Assembly: GCA_964016885.1 (NCBI GenBank)
Contig: OZ024740.1
Coordinates: 180,048,001 to 180,112,000 of the forward strand
DNA from: Eledone cirrhosa
Taxonomy: Eukaryota
Reading direction: 5' to 3'
Length of the DNA: 64,000 bases
Below, in pieces: positions 43,990 through 56,699 of the stretch; within the stretch, counting starts at the first letter, position 1, and each line of letters starts with the position of its first letter. The notes under the pieces are model-generated. The model was not told the origin of the DNA and did not search any database. It saw only the letters and a list, made by a program, of their open reading frames with translations. The position numbers were made by a program, and so were the translations under genes.

Positions 43990-45970
43990 GTTGTTTCCAA
44001 GAGAATGTCAGTGTATATCCTCTTGGTAACCGACACCCTGAAGTCGCCCACTGCGTCTGGGAATTTATTGTTTTCAAAGTTTGTACTGTTCTATTTTAAT
44101 TTCAATGATGCTTATGTTTGTCGGGAGAGTTCTTGGTGTTGGTGGGGTGTAGTAGTTTTTTTTCTGTGATGTCTGTGTGCTGCTTTATATCTTGTATGAG
44201 TTCTTTACTTGCCACGTTTATGGCTATGTACTTTTTGGGGAGAGCGGTGATTTTGTTGCTGTTTTCTTGTTGTTGGTGTTGGGTGTGTGTGTTTTGTTGT
44301 GTTTGCGATGTTTTTGGTTATGCTGGGTGTGGTGTGGTTGTTGTTGGTGGTGATGCTTGTGGTGGTGATGGTGATCGTAGTGGTGGTGCTGCCAGTCTCC
44401 TTGCAGCCTTTACCCCTCTCTGTCTGCCTTCAATTTTGGAGGGTGAAGCTAAGGTTTTTTTTCTCTTTAGTTTTTTTGTGGCAGACCGTTTGCCACTTCA
44501 GACCATGTCAGATTCCATGGCGTCTGGGAGGGGTATGAGCTCCACTTCTGTTGTTGGTTTTAGTGGAGTCCGCTCCGGCGATATTGCCGCCGGTATGGCT
44601 ACTGCGACTGTTGGTGTTGCCGCTACTGCTGCCGCTGCTTTAGTTGTCCGTGGTCTTGGTATGGGTGCCACTGACGTTGCCCTCCTACTCACCATAAAGG
44701 GTATTCTGCCTCTGTTGCTTGCCCTGCTCTTGGTAGGAGCGGATTAGACGTCGGAAGGAGGGGGGGGCCTCTTTTTGGCTGTCTTCTGCGGGCAGAAAGC
44801 CCTAAGATGACCCTTCTGCCCACAAATATAGCACTTTGGGCGCCTTCCTTCCACGCGTATAGGGAGTTGGGTCCCTTTTTCGAGGTCTATGATGTCTGGG
44901 ATGGCCTCGATGCACTCCTGGTCAGTCTTTATTAGCCTTTGCATGCCTATTCCTGACCAGTTCTCTCTTCCCATTCTCTGTATTTGCAGTATGGTAGTCT
45001 TCTCCTCGATTCCAGCCTGTACAGACACAGCCAGCCACGATATGGGCATGTCGGGCGGAACCTGGGTTACTTTGACCCTCACAATGTTCTGCCCGCAGTA
45101 GGATGGCACAAAGACTATCTCCACACTCTTTAGGGTTTCCTTCAAAGAGTGATACTTCGCCTCTTGGGGGGTGGCGAAAAGTACGTCTACTGTGGCGTAC
45201 ATTCTGCTTCGTGTGATGTGGGTTTTGCGTCTCTCCACTCGATGTTTCATTTTGCTTACGGTGCGGTAAGTCACCATCCGTAGCTGCTGGTCCTTGAACA
45301 AATCGGGTTGAGGTTCCAGGGAACATCTATTGGCGTTTCTTGTCCCCATGGCCCTTGCGACTCCCATCTCCTCCTCTGTGACTAACACTGTTTCATATTT
45401 CGGGCCACACCTGCAAAAGGGGTGGTCCCTTTTTCAGCGGCACCATTATTGTTACCGCTACTGGTCTTGCTGGTGGTGGTGAGATCACTGTTACAGTTAT
45501 CGGTATCATTGTTGTTGTTTTCGTTGGTACTTTTGTTGTTGTTGTTGTTGGTTTCGTTGATACTGTTGCTGTTGTTACTGTTATTGTGGCTGTTGTTATT
45601 ATTGTTGTTTTAGTTGATACTGTTGCTGCTGTTCTTGTTGTTGTGGCTGTTGTTATTGTCATTTTTATTGTCGTTCTCGACTTTACCGCTGTTATTTTTG
45701 TTATTGTCGTTCTCGACTTTACCGCTGTTATTTTTGTTGTTGCTATTGTTATTGATGTTGGTGTTATTGTTGGTGTTCTTTGTGTTAGAAATATTTGTTA
45801 ATTTTAAATCTGTAACAATATCATTAAAAATGATATTGTTCCTCTTTTCCTTCGTAATATTTTCTTTTATAGTTACCTTAGATAGAACGCTGTCTTGTTG
45901 ATATGTTGACAAAGTCTCCCTCTCACTGTGTTGTCTGACGGCGCTCTCTCTCTTTCTTGTGTTATCCATG
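43990..45970 (-). pseudogene. Tx1 ORF1 (gag-like; CCHC zinc knuckle; Asn/Thr-rich N-terminus), disrupted
   Basis: IRVEGRRPKCYICGQKGHLRAFCP in ORF 44744-45388. Confidence 0.8.
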
Positions 45971-46185
45971 TTGAAAGAACTTTTTTTCAAATAATGTTTT
46001 TACATTATACAACAACCCGTAAAGGGGTGCCGTATTATTTACGAGTGAACCCCTGTATTAGGTGGGTCACTTCTTCTAAACTTTTATCAAGTTTAAAACT
46101 TGAATAAAAGATTTAGAACGGTTGAAAACGAGGTAAACTGTTGAAAAAGAAACTGGAGGCAATAAGAAGCGTGGCTTCACCTTCA

Positions 46186-47280
46186 ATAATAATAATAATA
46201 ATGATTTCTTTATTGGCCACAAGGGCTGACATCAAGAAAAAATATTACAGACGGCACAGGACGGTATGATGTGGGTTTTGTGCGTGTAAATATTTTTATT
46301 AGAAGAGGAAAGTGTCTGTCTTTAACCCTTTCAACCTTGTCCACCACAAAATCTCTTTCGCCATGGCCACCAGTCATATAAAAACCGCCTGCCCTTCCTC
46401 CTCGAAGGAAGACGGCGAGACCATCTGCCCAATGGACTCAGTCGATAACCGGATCAGTCCTACACGCGACAGCAACTGTTCGACATAGCTGCACAAGTCA
46501 GCAATGCTCGAGCACTGAACGAGTGCGTGCACGACGGTTTCGTCGCTCTGCGCGCATCTCGGACAGGTTCGGCTGACGGCACTTCCGTGCCTGTAGAGCT
46601 TATCTCGAACCGGCAGTGCTCCCCGGTAGCACTGCCAGGCCAGGGATGTTTGGAAGTTATCCCTAGACCCTGGCTGAAAGTTCTACGGAAGAGAGCAAAC
46701 AGCTGACCTTCTTCGACGCCCAGGATCTCTCCGAGAACGTCGTCGGTCTTCCCCTCCACTAGTCCTATATAGAACGCCGAGGTGTATGTTCCACCGATAC
46801 TGGTACCCAGCTGGTAGAGGGTAGTGAGCGCCTGGAGAGATTCCAGTTTCCAAGCGCTATCCCTCGGTCTTTTTCTGACCCAGGACTGCAGCTCCGTCAA
46901 GGTGACGAGCTGTGGGAAAACGTGCCTGGCGAACGGCGACCACAGTTGTTCACTGTCAAGTAAACACCAGAGTTGTCGCAGCCTCAGCGCATGTTTGCAC
47001 ATCATCAGCCATTGCATGCCCAGTACTCCACGCAACGGGGGTTGATAGCAGATGGATTGTCTGATCATGGGAGCGCGTCCCTTCCAGACAAAGGGGAAGA
47101 GGAGGCGCTCCATTTCGGTCAGAGTTGGGCTGGAGCAAGTGACTACAGTGAGGTGGTAGCAGATGACGAATGCGATGTACGCATTCGCCACCTCCGCCCG
47201 GCCTTTCAGGGACAGCTTCCTCTCGGCCCATTTCTGGGTGAGGGTGGCCACCTTGCTCGTCACCTCGTTCCAGTTTTTCT
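46186..47280 (-). mobile_element. 5'-truncated Tx1 copy 2
   Basis: WAERKLSLKGRAEVANAYI; paralogous to 40.7-41.6 kb; (ATT)n tail. Confidence 0.9.
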
Positions 47281-47282
47281 CC

Positions 47283-47612
47283 ATAATGCTTTCTTTATTA
47301 ACCACAAGTGTTTACAAAAAGTAGACATTAAGGACAGTACATGACAATACAGGAGGGTACAAATAGGCATGTCTGCGTGTAAAAAACCCCAAAAAGAACA
47401 GAGGATGTAATAAAAGAACAATGAAAAATTCCCCAAGAGGGGAAAAACAACCGAGGGCCATCGTGGAGAAAGCCCATTAAAAAAAGCCATGGTGACCCTG
47501 ACCATCAGGGCAAATGTCCTCTCCCAGTTTTACCCCTTCAATTTACAGGCATATACTCAGAGTAGGTCCATTCACTCTGCGCATCATTAGCCACGGCATG
47601 CCTAGCCCTCCC
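47283..47612 (-). mobile_element. Tx1 3'-end fragment (copy 3)
   Basis: ttctttattaaccacaag...ccctgaccatcagggca resembles 40268-40500; near-identical to 53113-53240. Confidence 0.75.
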
Positions 47613-47616
47613 CGTA

Positions 47617-50520
47617 GTAATAATAATAATAATAATGGTTTCATTTATTGACAACATGGCTGTCATATAGGGGACAATAGAGTAGACGGGGATACTGGGG
47701 GTTTTACACGAGTAAAAATAGGAAAACAATAATAATTAACCACTGAGGTTTCACTAAAGTACTCCACCAATCCTGAACCACCAGACGCTTCGAGGGAACC
47801 CGGAAAGGGCACTCATCTTCTCTTCATATTCACCAGCTTACAGGCGTATGATAAGAATAGGCCCACTCACACGGGCCAATCTCCCCACATTTACCCACCT
47901 TTCAGCAAATGTACTGTGGGGCACCACTTCTCTCTCCATCCTCACCTTCCTTTCCAAGTGAAATTCTAAAAGGTTGATGAGGTATCGGCTTAACAGAATC
48001 GTGTCTGTCTTCAGTCCTTTCAACCAGTTCCATCATGCAACCTATTTCGCAACTACCACCATAAAGCACGACAAACGCCACGACAAAAGCTGTTCGACAT
48101 ACATCCGCAATTCAGTAATGCACGGGCACTGGACGAGTGTGGGTAGAACCATTTCGTCACTCTGCACACCTCTCGGATAGAGCCGTCTGACAGTACTTCC
48201 GTAACTGTAGAATTTATCCTGAAACATCAATTCCCCCTGGTAGCACTGCCAAGCGAGGTATTTTTTAAGTTTTCCATATACCCGGCTCGAAATCATGCGG
48301 AATAGACTGGTCAGTTTGATCTCGTCGACGCCCAGAGCCTCTCTGAGTGCATCGTTGCACTTCCCAACAACCATTATTCCTCTATAGAACTCGAGAGTGG
48401 AAGTTCCACTGACCACATTGCCCGCCTGGTAAAGGGCAGTGAGTGCCTAGCAACATTCCAGATGCCAGTCACCCTGTCTCAGTCACTTCTTGATCCAGGA
48501 CTGCAGCTCAGTCAAAGGGGCGTGAGTAGAAAGTCCCGTCTGACAAACGGCGACCACACCATTTAGGCAGAATAGCTGGAAATGCGCATCATTAGCCACG
48601 GCATGCCCCGCCCTTCGCTTAGAGGGTGCTGGCAACAGATAGACCGCCTTACCAACGGAACTTGTCCTCTATATATGAATTTGAAGAGGAGCCATTCAAA
48701 CTTGGAGAGGCGTGGATGGGTCAAGGCACGACGGCCAGGCGGTTGTAGATGACAGACGCGATGTTCGAATACACCTCCTCGACCGGCCTTCAGTGACGGC
48801 ATCTTCGCAATCCATTTTGGGGTGAGACTGGTTAACCTGTTGATCATCTCGTCCCAATTCTTATATAGTTGGAGGTCTGGTACGAACCAACCACTGGCAA
48901 CTTTACCGGCCCTTTTGTCCAGTGCCCATCGACTCTGTTGGACGGCATGGACTTGCCTATCCAGGTGCCGAACTGAAATCCCACCAACCTTTCCGATTCG
49001 CACCACTCGACTTTCATATTCCTCCAAAAAGTTGTCCGACACAATCACGGTGATGTCATCAGCATAAGCCAACACAGCCTGTTTGCGTCCCGGTTCGAGC
49101 GGGATGCCCTGCAACAGATCCATCATCCACAGGAACGGCTCGAGAGTCAACCCGTACAGAAGAAAAGAGAGAGAGGACACACTTGACGGGCCGATGGGTA
49201 GAACTGATACAGTTCCATGAGGTGACCATTAACTTTAACCATCGAGCAGATGCCACTGTTCATTGCAGCGATCCAGCTTCTGAAGACAGGACCAAAGCAT
49301 GCTGCCTTGAAGACTGCCTCCATGCACTGTGCAACTGACAAGATCATCCTGGATTTCAGCTGAAGTCATGAGCCCTTCGCAGCGCTCAACCTCGGCCTTC
49401 GAGAGGCGTGGCAGGCCGTCAAGTTAGGGACTGAACTTCGCTACCGTCTCTGAAACGCCACTCCCCTCGAACAACGGAGCAAAGTGCTGGCGAAAAACCT
49501 CACACATCCGCCTGGAATCTGTCAGCTCATGTCCGTCTTGATCCGTCAAATACCGAATTATGGTTTTATTATCACACTTCGCCTCTGGTACGCAGGCCCG
49601 TTGAACATCTTTGGTTCCCTTAATTCTCAGAGCACGCGCCTTGCGTCTGACAATACACCCTTCCTGTTTCAAATTCAAGAAATGGTATAATGCCATTCTC
49701 GCCGCTATCACCTCTTTTGAGTGCCCCCCACCATGAATTGTTGACGACCACCCCTGTCAACATTTGCCTTAACTAAATTGTTGATGCGGTCCTTGTAACC
49801 CTTACGTGCCGGAAGGAATGTACTTTTTCCAATAAGTAGGTCCTAACCTACGCGTCTTATCTAGGTCGACCATATAGATCGCAAACTTTTGATCTAAATA
49901 GACGACCGTTTGAAAACCTGGACAGCCTACACTATTGCTATCTATTTTCCTAATGCATATCCTGTCTATATACGATTTAGATGACGCTACGCGGTTGCTC
50001 CAGGTCCACAGTGGCACATTAGGGAAATCTAGTCGGTACCCCTCAGACAGTCGGGACTGGCTGATCAGGTACTTGAGGCTTTTGCATCCCCTACTCCTAT
50101 CAGCCGCTCCCACACAGTCACAGCGGGCGTCTAACATGCCGTTCTAGGAGTAGACGGCCACCAGTCTAAAGGCACTGCCTTCGCTATTGTTCACGTCCAG
50201 GTCCATGAACTTACCGTCCGTGTCCCGGCAGATCGTCCTACCTCGAGATTTGGACCTTTCCTAAACAGCACTGCCTCTCCACCTCCCACTCCCAGCCGAC
50301 TAAAAGATGTGATGATCTGGTAGTCGTCAAAAATAGGGCTAGTGCACGTGTGTTGGAAATTCTGTTCTCGCTGACGGCAATTACCTTATTTCTAAAGACT
50401 TGAGGTCATTGAGTAGGTGACCATGCGTCCAGGGCGACCCCATGCCATGAACATTGAAACTTCCTACTCTTAACATGTTCAGATTGGATGGCTAAAACAG
50501 AGGGCAAAGGTTCCTTTACT
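47617..50520 (-). mobile_element. More diverged Tx1 copy 4 (ORF2 APE-RT)
   Basis: MLRVGSFNVHGMG, WTWSN..SYIDRI, LAYADD, GMPWLMMR; (ATT)n tail at 47617-47636. Confidence 0.88.
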
Positions 50521-51544
50521 CCCCAGAGTCTTGTGAAGGCTGGATGCTTCGACCTCCATAGTTGGTGGGGTTTCTTTTGGAAACCTTTTTAAAAGTCTCC
50601 ATGTGTGTTTCACATTCGGGGTTCCCACGTCCCGAGGAAAGCTCTCTCGAATTGGTTTGTAGGAATTCGACTGACATTCGCACCGGAAAATGAAATAATA
50701 TGAAAATCAAACAAACAATTGGAAATATATAATGATAATTATCTCATATTGAAATAATCTTAAATAAATGTGGTGACATCATTTTAATGATATCAAACAC
50801 ATTAGAATATTCTAACGATAAATTCTGTAAAATGACTTACAAAAGCCACTTAGAAGGAAATAATTATAAAGTCTACTAATGTATTTAAATTTTCTGAATT
50901 GAAACGTGTCTTCTAAATGGAAGAAATAATACGCATCATTATGATTAACACATGCATGAATGCAAACACAGAATTATCATTAATTATAAATAAAAGCAAT
51001 TTAAGGAATTATAACTATAATAAATTAGTATGGAAGAAATATAGACAGGAATAATTCTTATTTTAAACCAACTAAAACATAATTTAGTTTTGTTTCAGAG
51101 AAAGTCGAAATGTATATGCTGTTTTTATATGCTGTTTTTTTTAATTCCATTTCATTTATTCTCTCTTATAGCTGAAATACACAACACTTCAAATATATCT
51201 GGTTGATAATTATGTATATAAAGATTATTTCATATCAGAAATTGCATCATTATATTCATACTGTATTGAAATACACATTTAAAATGCAAGAGATCTTAAT
51301 GCCAGCAATTTAATTAATGCAGAATTAGTTTCTTTTTTTTTTTAAGGAATATACGTATTCCACAACTAAATACATGCTCGCTTGCCAATTGTCATCAAGT
51401 CATTAGTTCAGTTTTATATTTCCAATGTTCATGATTTCCGAGGTCCCGAGCGTTGATGATGTGGAGGTTAGACGTTGAATGAGATATACATACATAATGA
51501 TGATTGCTTCATCTTGTCAGATGAAAGCCGTCTCAAAATTATCT

Positions 51545-52200
51545 CAGCCTCTCCTGCAACTTAACACACTCACATGTGGACGCGGGTGACTTTTCAATTC
51601 AGCATCTGATTTATAAGTTCTTTGGCACAAATAGCAGATATATACCAGTGCATATACTGGGTTTATAACATCAGGATGTGGTATTTCATGTTGATTAACC
51701 TTCAAATGGCGTTCTTTGAAATACGCTAACATCTCTGCTGACACATGGGAAAATGTAGCTGCTGATCGTAATAAATGGAGAAAGACTGTACACGAGGGGA
51801 AAATTGCTTTTGAGGCATCTCGAATCGCATACGAGAAAGTAGAATGGGATGTGAGGAAGAGCATTGCTGTTACATTTCCAGACAGCAAAGGTCCTCCTAT
51901 GGAGGGGACATGCAGCTTCTGTGCAAAACACTGCTTCAGCAAAGCTGGACTCAAAAGTCATCTTTGCAGTCATAAAGTGAGACCAATGGTTGACTATCAG
52001 GCTGGTGTTGGAGATGCTACTCATCCTGCCTAAGAAGCATGTGGAAGAGAGTGAAGATCAGCAGGAAGGCTCAAACGACATGCAAAAGTACATGAACTCC
52101 AACTACAGACAGTTGCTGCCAGTGAATATGTAGGTTATCAACTCTGTGCAAGACATTTTAGATCATTGGCTCGGCTAAAAACCACATTCGATCGCAGCAC
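51545..52200. pseudogene. RTE (BovB-like) C-terminal fragments with C2H2-like fingers
   Basis: Plus: WENVAADRNKWRKTV..CSFCAKHCFSKAGLKSH. Minus: CYLCQRTYKSDAELKSH. Confidence 0.75.
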
Positions 52201-52305
52201 CGTTAATTGTTATTGTGTGTGTGTGTATATAAGTATGTATGTGTGGGAGTTTGTGTGTGTGTATGTATATATATGTATGTATATGCGTGTGTGTATGTGT
52301 ACGTA

Positions 52306-52339
<34 letters not shown>

Positions 52340-52387
52340 ATATAATAACAATAATAATAATAATAATGATAATAATAATAATAATAA

Positions 52388-53078
52388 ACACGATATTGAC
52401 AAGGAGGAGGCTAGATCACTGTGTAGGATCTGTGGAGAGAGAAAGGTGAGTGTGGCTCACATTATATCCGAGTGTAAACACTTAGACCAGACTCACTATA
52501 AAGGCTGGAGACATGATGTGATAGGAAAGGTGATCAACTGGCATCTATGCAAGCTAAACAATTCATCACATTCGGGGAAGTGGTATGAGCATAAGCCAGA
52601 GTCGGTGATAGAAAAGGTTCAGCTGAAGGTGCGATGGGATTTTAGGATACAGACGGACAAGAAATTAGAACAAATAGGCCTGACCTGGTGGTTTTGTACA
52701 AGGAAAAAAGATCGTGCCTGATTGTAGATGTAGCCTGCCCCTTTGACACGAGAGTGCAAGAAAAGGAGAGGGAGAAAATTAACCGATACCAGGATTTAAA
52801 GGATTTAAAGTGGGAGTTAGAAAGGATTTGGAACTGCCATGAAATCAAGGTCGTCCTGATTGTCATAGGCGCACTAAGTACTATCTCAAAGTGTTTCCAA
52901 GGATGGTTAAAGAAGGTTAAACCAGTCCCGCTTTTTGGAACACTTCAAATGGCTGCTTGCTGGGAACAGCAAGAACCCTCCGATGCATCCTGAATGTCTG
53001 AAGCTGCAGGTAACGGCGTGATATTTATTTCAACAAAATGTCCAGTTAAATAACATCAATGACTGAGACTCAAAGAAC
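52388..53078 (+). mobile_element. R4/Dong-clade non-LTR 3' fragment (CCHC + restriction-like endonuclease) in (TAA)n
   Basis: CRICG..SVAHIISEC, RHD, KWYEHKPESV, WDFRIQTD, RPDLV, IVDVACPFD, EKINRYQDL; (TAA)n on both sides. Confidence 0.92.
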
Positions 53079-53089
53079 AATAATAATAA

Positions 53090-53245
53090 TAATAATAATA
53101 ATAGTAATAATGTTTTCTTTATTAACCACAAGGGTTTACATGAAGTAGACATTAAGGGCAGTACAGGACAATACAGGACGGTACAAATGGGCATTTCTGC
53201 GTGTAAAAAAAAACAGAGGATGTAATAAAATAACAAAGAAAATAT
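53090..53245 (-). mobile_element. Tx1 3'-end fragment in (TAA)n
   Basis: Matches 47290-47425. Confidence 0.75.
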
Positions 53246-53366
53246 TAATAATAGTAATAATAATAATTATAATAGTAATAATAATTATTATTATTGTCGT
53301 TATTATTATCATCATTATGTTTTTTTTCGTGCGATGGCCATACTGTATAACGAGGGAGCAGCCATC

Positions 53367-53399
<33 letters not shown>

Positions 53400-54138
53400 T
53401 GTATGTATGTATGTATGTATGTATGTATGTGTTCCTCCAAGCAGTTATATCTGTGTATATTCCACTTACTACACTCATATGTAGTTTTGTCAGTGTATTA
53501 TTTCGGCTGCAATTATATTTAGGAATTGAAGAAATGACTCTAATGTAAATCATGTCAGCTTCTTTATACAAATAAGTTGATAATTATGCATTTTACTTTA
53601 ATGATTATGTTGAAATTTTTAGCATCTAGAAACAATTACGTTATTTAAATATTTAATTTAAAAGAGTAATTATACTATGAGATAATAAATACTGTGCAGG
53701 AAAATATATTTATATCAGCAGTAAGATACATAAAGTAAGAATGATATTTATAAAGAAAAACATAGAGAGATAGATGGAGATGGATATACAGATAGAAATA
53801 GAGATATGTATAGGAAGAGAGATTTTAATATAGGGAATGTGTAGTGTGAAACGTTGACTTGTTTGATCCCATTAGTAGAACAGATTATCAATTAGCATCT
53901 TACATCGATTAAAATACTAACACAATTTACATGAATTTTAATAGAGATCAACAACAGGCATATATTCAAAGAAAATACGAGATAAACTGCGTGAAAAGAG
54001 ACATATAGTGTCATTAATAAACACATATACATATGCATATATGCAAGTATATATTGATGTAAGCAATTCTCTCTCTCTCTATATATATATATATCTCTCT
54101 CACACTCTATCTCTCTCTATATATATACATATATATTA

Positions 54139-54260
54139 GTGAAGGCGTGTAGTTGAGTGGTTAGAGAATTGGATTCACAATCTTGTGGCTGTGAGTTCGA
54201 TTCCTGGAACGAGCGATGCGTTATGTCCTTGATCAAGGCACTTTATTTCACGTTGCTCCT
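54139..54260 (+). mobile_element. tRNA-derived CORE-type SINE (OR-like), partial
   Basis: A-box tagttgagtgg, B-box gagttcgattcc, CORE-like tgtccttgatcaaggcacttta. Confidence 0.7.
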
Positions 54261-54678
54261 TCTACCTGGAGTTGTGACCGATAGATAGTATTAGCAATGG
54301 GAAAGACCAACGGAAACATTGTTTCCTCGGTCCGATTTGACGAAAGTCGATACATAAATATATATATATATATATACTTCGCCCACGTATTCACAGGAGG
54401 TTCACGGGGTATGATTCATCAATCGCGCCTTTCTGTGGGACATGCCATAATCAACCGCCTCCAATTGATTCGGTAGGATCCTCAAGCTATACCTGCCCAG
54501 CTCATGGATATTATACAACCTCTTCCTCGTGGCATTTTACGCGTTGGCTCTGCATATTGTTTTAACTTATAGACTTGTAAACATGCGAGACATGCTGAGA
54601 GTTGGATCGTCAGCTGAATGGATGTGTATTACTTAAATAACCACAAGAAAACATATATTGGATAGACTTATATTCTGA

Positions 54679-54730
<52 letters not shown>

Positions 54731-54734
<4 letters not shown>

Positions 54735-55224
54735 ATAATAATACATTTGAAGACTAAAATCCAAAGAGGGTACGATTAGGATAAATATATATCAAATATA
54801 TAAGAACCGTAGGGCAAATTAAAGTTTAAGCAAATAATCGCTGCTTTCACACTTAACGGGATCTTCTGAAACTAACAAAGTCAATCTGTGAACGCAGAAG
54901 TGAATATTTAAAAAAACGTTGAAACCGGAGGAAGACAGGCTGAAGTCGTAAACTAAAATTCTAACTAGGAAACCGAATGATTCTCGGCTTCAGATTTAAA
55001 GAATAAAGTAAATAAAATACAGAGGTAATTGAAATTAAATAAATAAATACACGCATCCATATACGTACATACACAAGCATACGCGAAAACACTCGCCATA
55101 GGTATACAAATACACGCACGTACACAAAAACAAACCCGCACGCACATACAGAACTCACGCAACGCCTGGACCCGCACGCATACGAATATATACACCAAAT
55201 ACACATGAAAATATATATTTAAAA

Positions 55225-55274
<50 letters not shown>

Positions 55275-56342
55275 ATACATATAATTAAATAAACGTATAT
55301 AAATAAATAAATACGTATATAACAAGCGCGCACACATACCTACATGTAAATACACATATGTTCGGAGACGTACGTCAACCCAAACACAAATTACACATAT
55401 ACACACACCCTACATACGTACGAACCCGCATACTCACACAGACGCAAAACTCACATATACACATAACCAAAAGCATATGTACCAGACTATATAATATATA
55501 CGCCATAACATATACAATCAAATATACGTACGAGAAAGTATCAGTACCTTCACAAAACATACAGGTAATATATACTTACCTATACAAATAAGTAATTGTA
55601 TAAACATAACATATACTTAGCTACCGCATCAAGACGTAAAATAACCGCGTATAGTTCGTACTATCCGTTACGGTATAATGTGGGGCTGTAATACAGGAAA
55701 GATTTATGCAATTTGTTTACAAGCTGAAATTGCCTCAGATTTATTGTTTAAGATGTGGTGATTGGGCTAGAGTATTTCCAGGGCTTCAGCAGCGCAGAAA
55801 TCACAAGGAATTTTATTTCCGTTATACGATCTAACTCTAGCTAGGATCTCCCAGTGTAACTTATATTGGGTGTGGTTGTCTTTTACACTCCAGATATAAG
55901 CTGAAACTGGCGTCATATTCATTCTTAAAGGGTAACGAAAAGAATGGGTATGCATGTAAAGACACTGCTTTAATCTATTGGCGGTTAACACTGTGAAGGC
56001 CCTACGGGACGTGGGAGTTTCAACCTTACATTTGTAGACAATGTTTCTAGAGAGGCATTTCCCGGATACGGGGCAGTCAACCCGATTCCTACAATTACAG
56101 TTAGTACTAGCTACAGGGTTGCACGTCTACGACTTCTTTTATACCATAAACGCGGCCCCGTCCTTACGTGCAATAGCCCTTCACCGCTCCAAACAATGAC
56201 GCACCACATTCGCTTGTCTTCCTCCGGTTGCAACGTTTTTTCAAATATTCACTTCTGCGCTCACAGATGGACTTTGTTAGCTTCAGAAGATCCCGTTAAG
56301 CGTGAAAGAAGCGATTCTTTGCTTAAACCTGTTATTTTAATA
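54731..56342 (-). mobile_element. 5'-truncated Naiad-like PLE (GIY-YIG + 3' UTR) with an inverted 3' UTR copy at its 5' end
   Basis: Minus 56100-55710 encodes CNCRNRVDCPVSGKCLSRNIVYKC..YIW..WEIL..CDFC..E..LNNKSEAISACK. 54824-54938 is the reverse complement of 56215-56327; (TA)n on both sides. Confidence 0.88.
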
Positions 56343-56699
56343 AATAAATATATATATATATATATATACGATATATTAACAAATGGAAACTATATATATG
56401 TGTGTATGTATTACTTGATGAGTTCCCTGATGAGTCCACCTGATTAGTCCTCTTCATCGGGTGTCAACCACAGATCTCAGTGGGTAAAAAGCGGCAAATA
56501 CAGGCGGCAGGTGTTGGGTTAGTAACTCGGCACTGCTGTAATATTTAAAATCGGTAAAGAAACATTAAGAAATGCAAAAAAAAAAAAAAACATAAATGAC
56601 CGGGGCAAAGAGGAAAGCGTGGGAAACACTCCACTGTTGACGGACCTCAACCAAAGCCGAAAGCACATTGGCGTTCCGATGAGCCAGATTCTGCGCCAA

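Larger units (their letters stand above)
40228..46183 (-). mobile_element. Approximately full-length but degenerate Tx1/L1-clade LINE
   Basis: ORF1 with CCHC knuckle, ORF2 APE-RT, AATAAA then (ATT)n tail at 40228-40276. Confidence 0.92.

Noticed and set aside
54139-54215. tRNA gene
   Set aside because: A/B boxes run into a SINE core; no intact cloverleaf.
56414-56460. Repeated CTGATGAG-like motifs as a hammerhead
   Set aside because: No downstream GAAA or stems.
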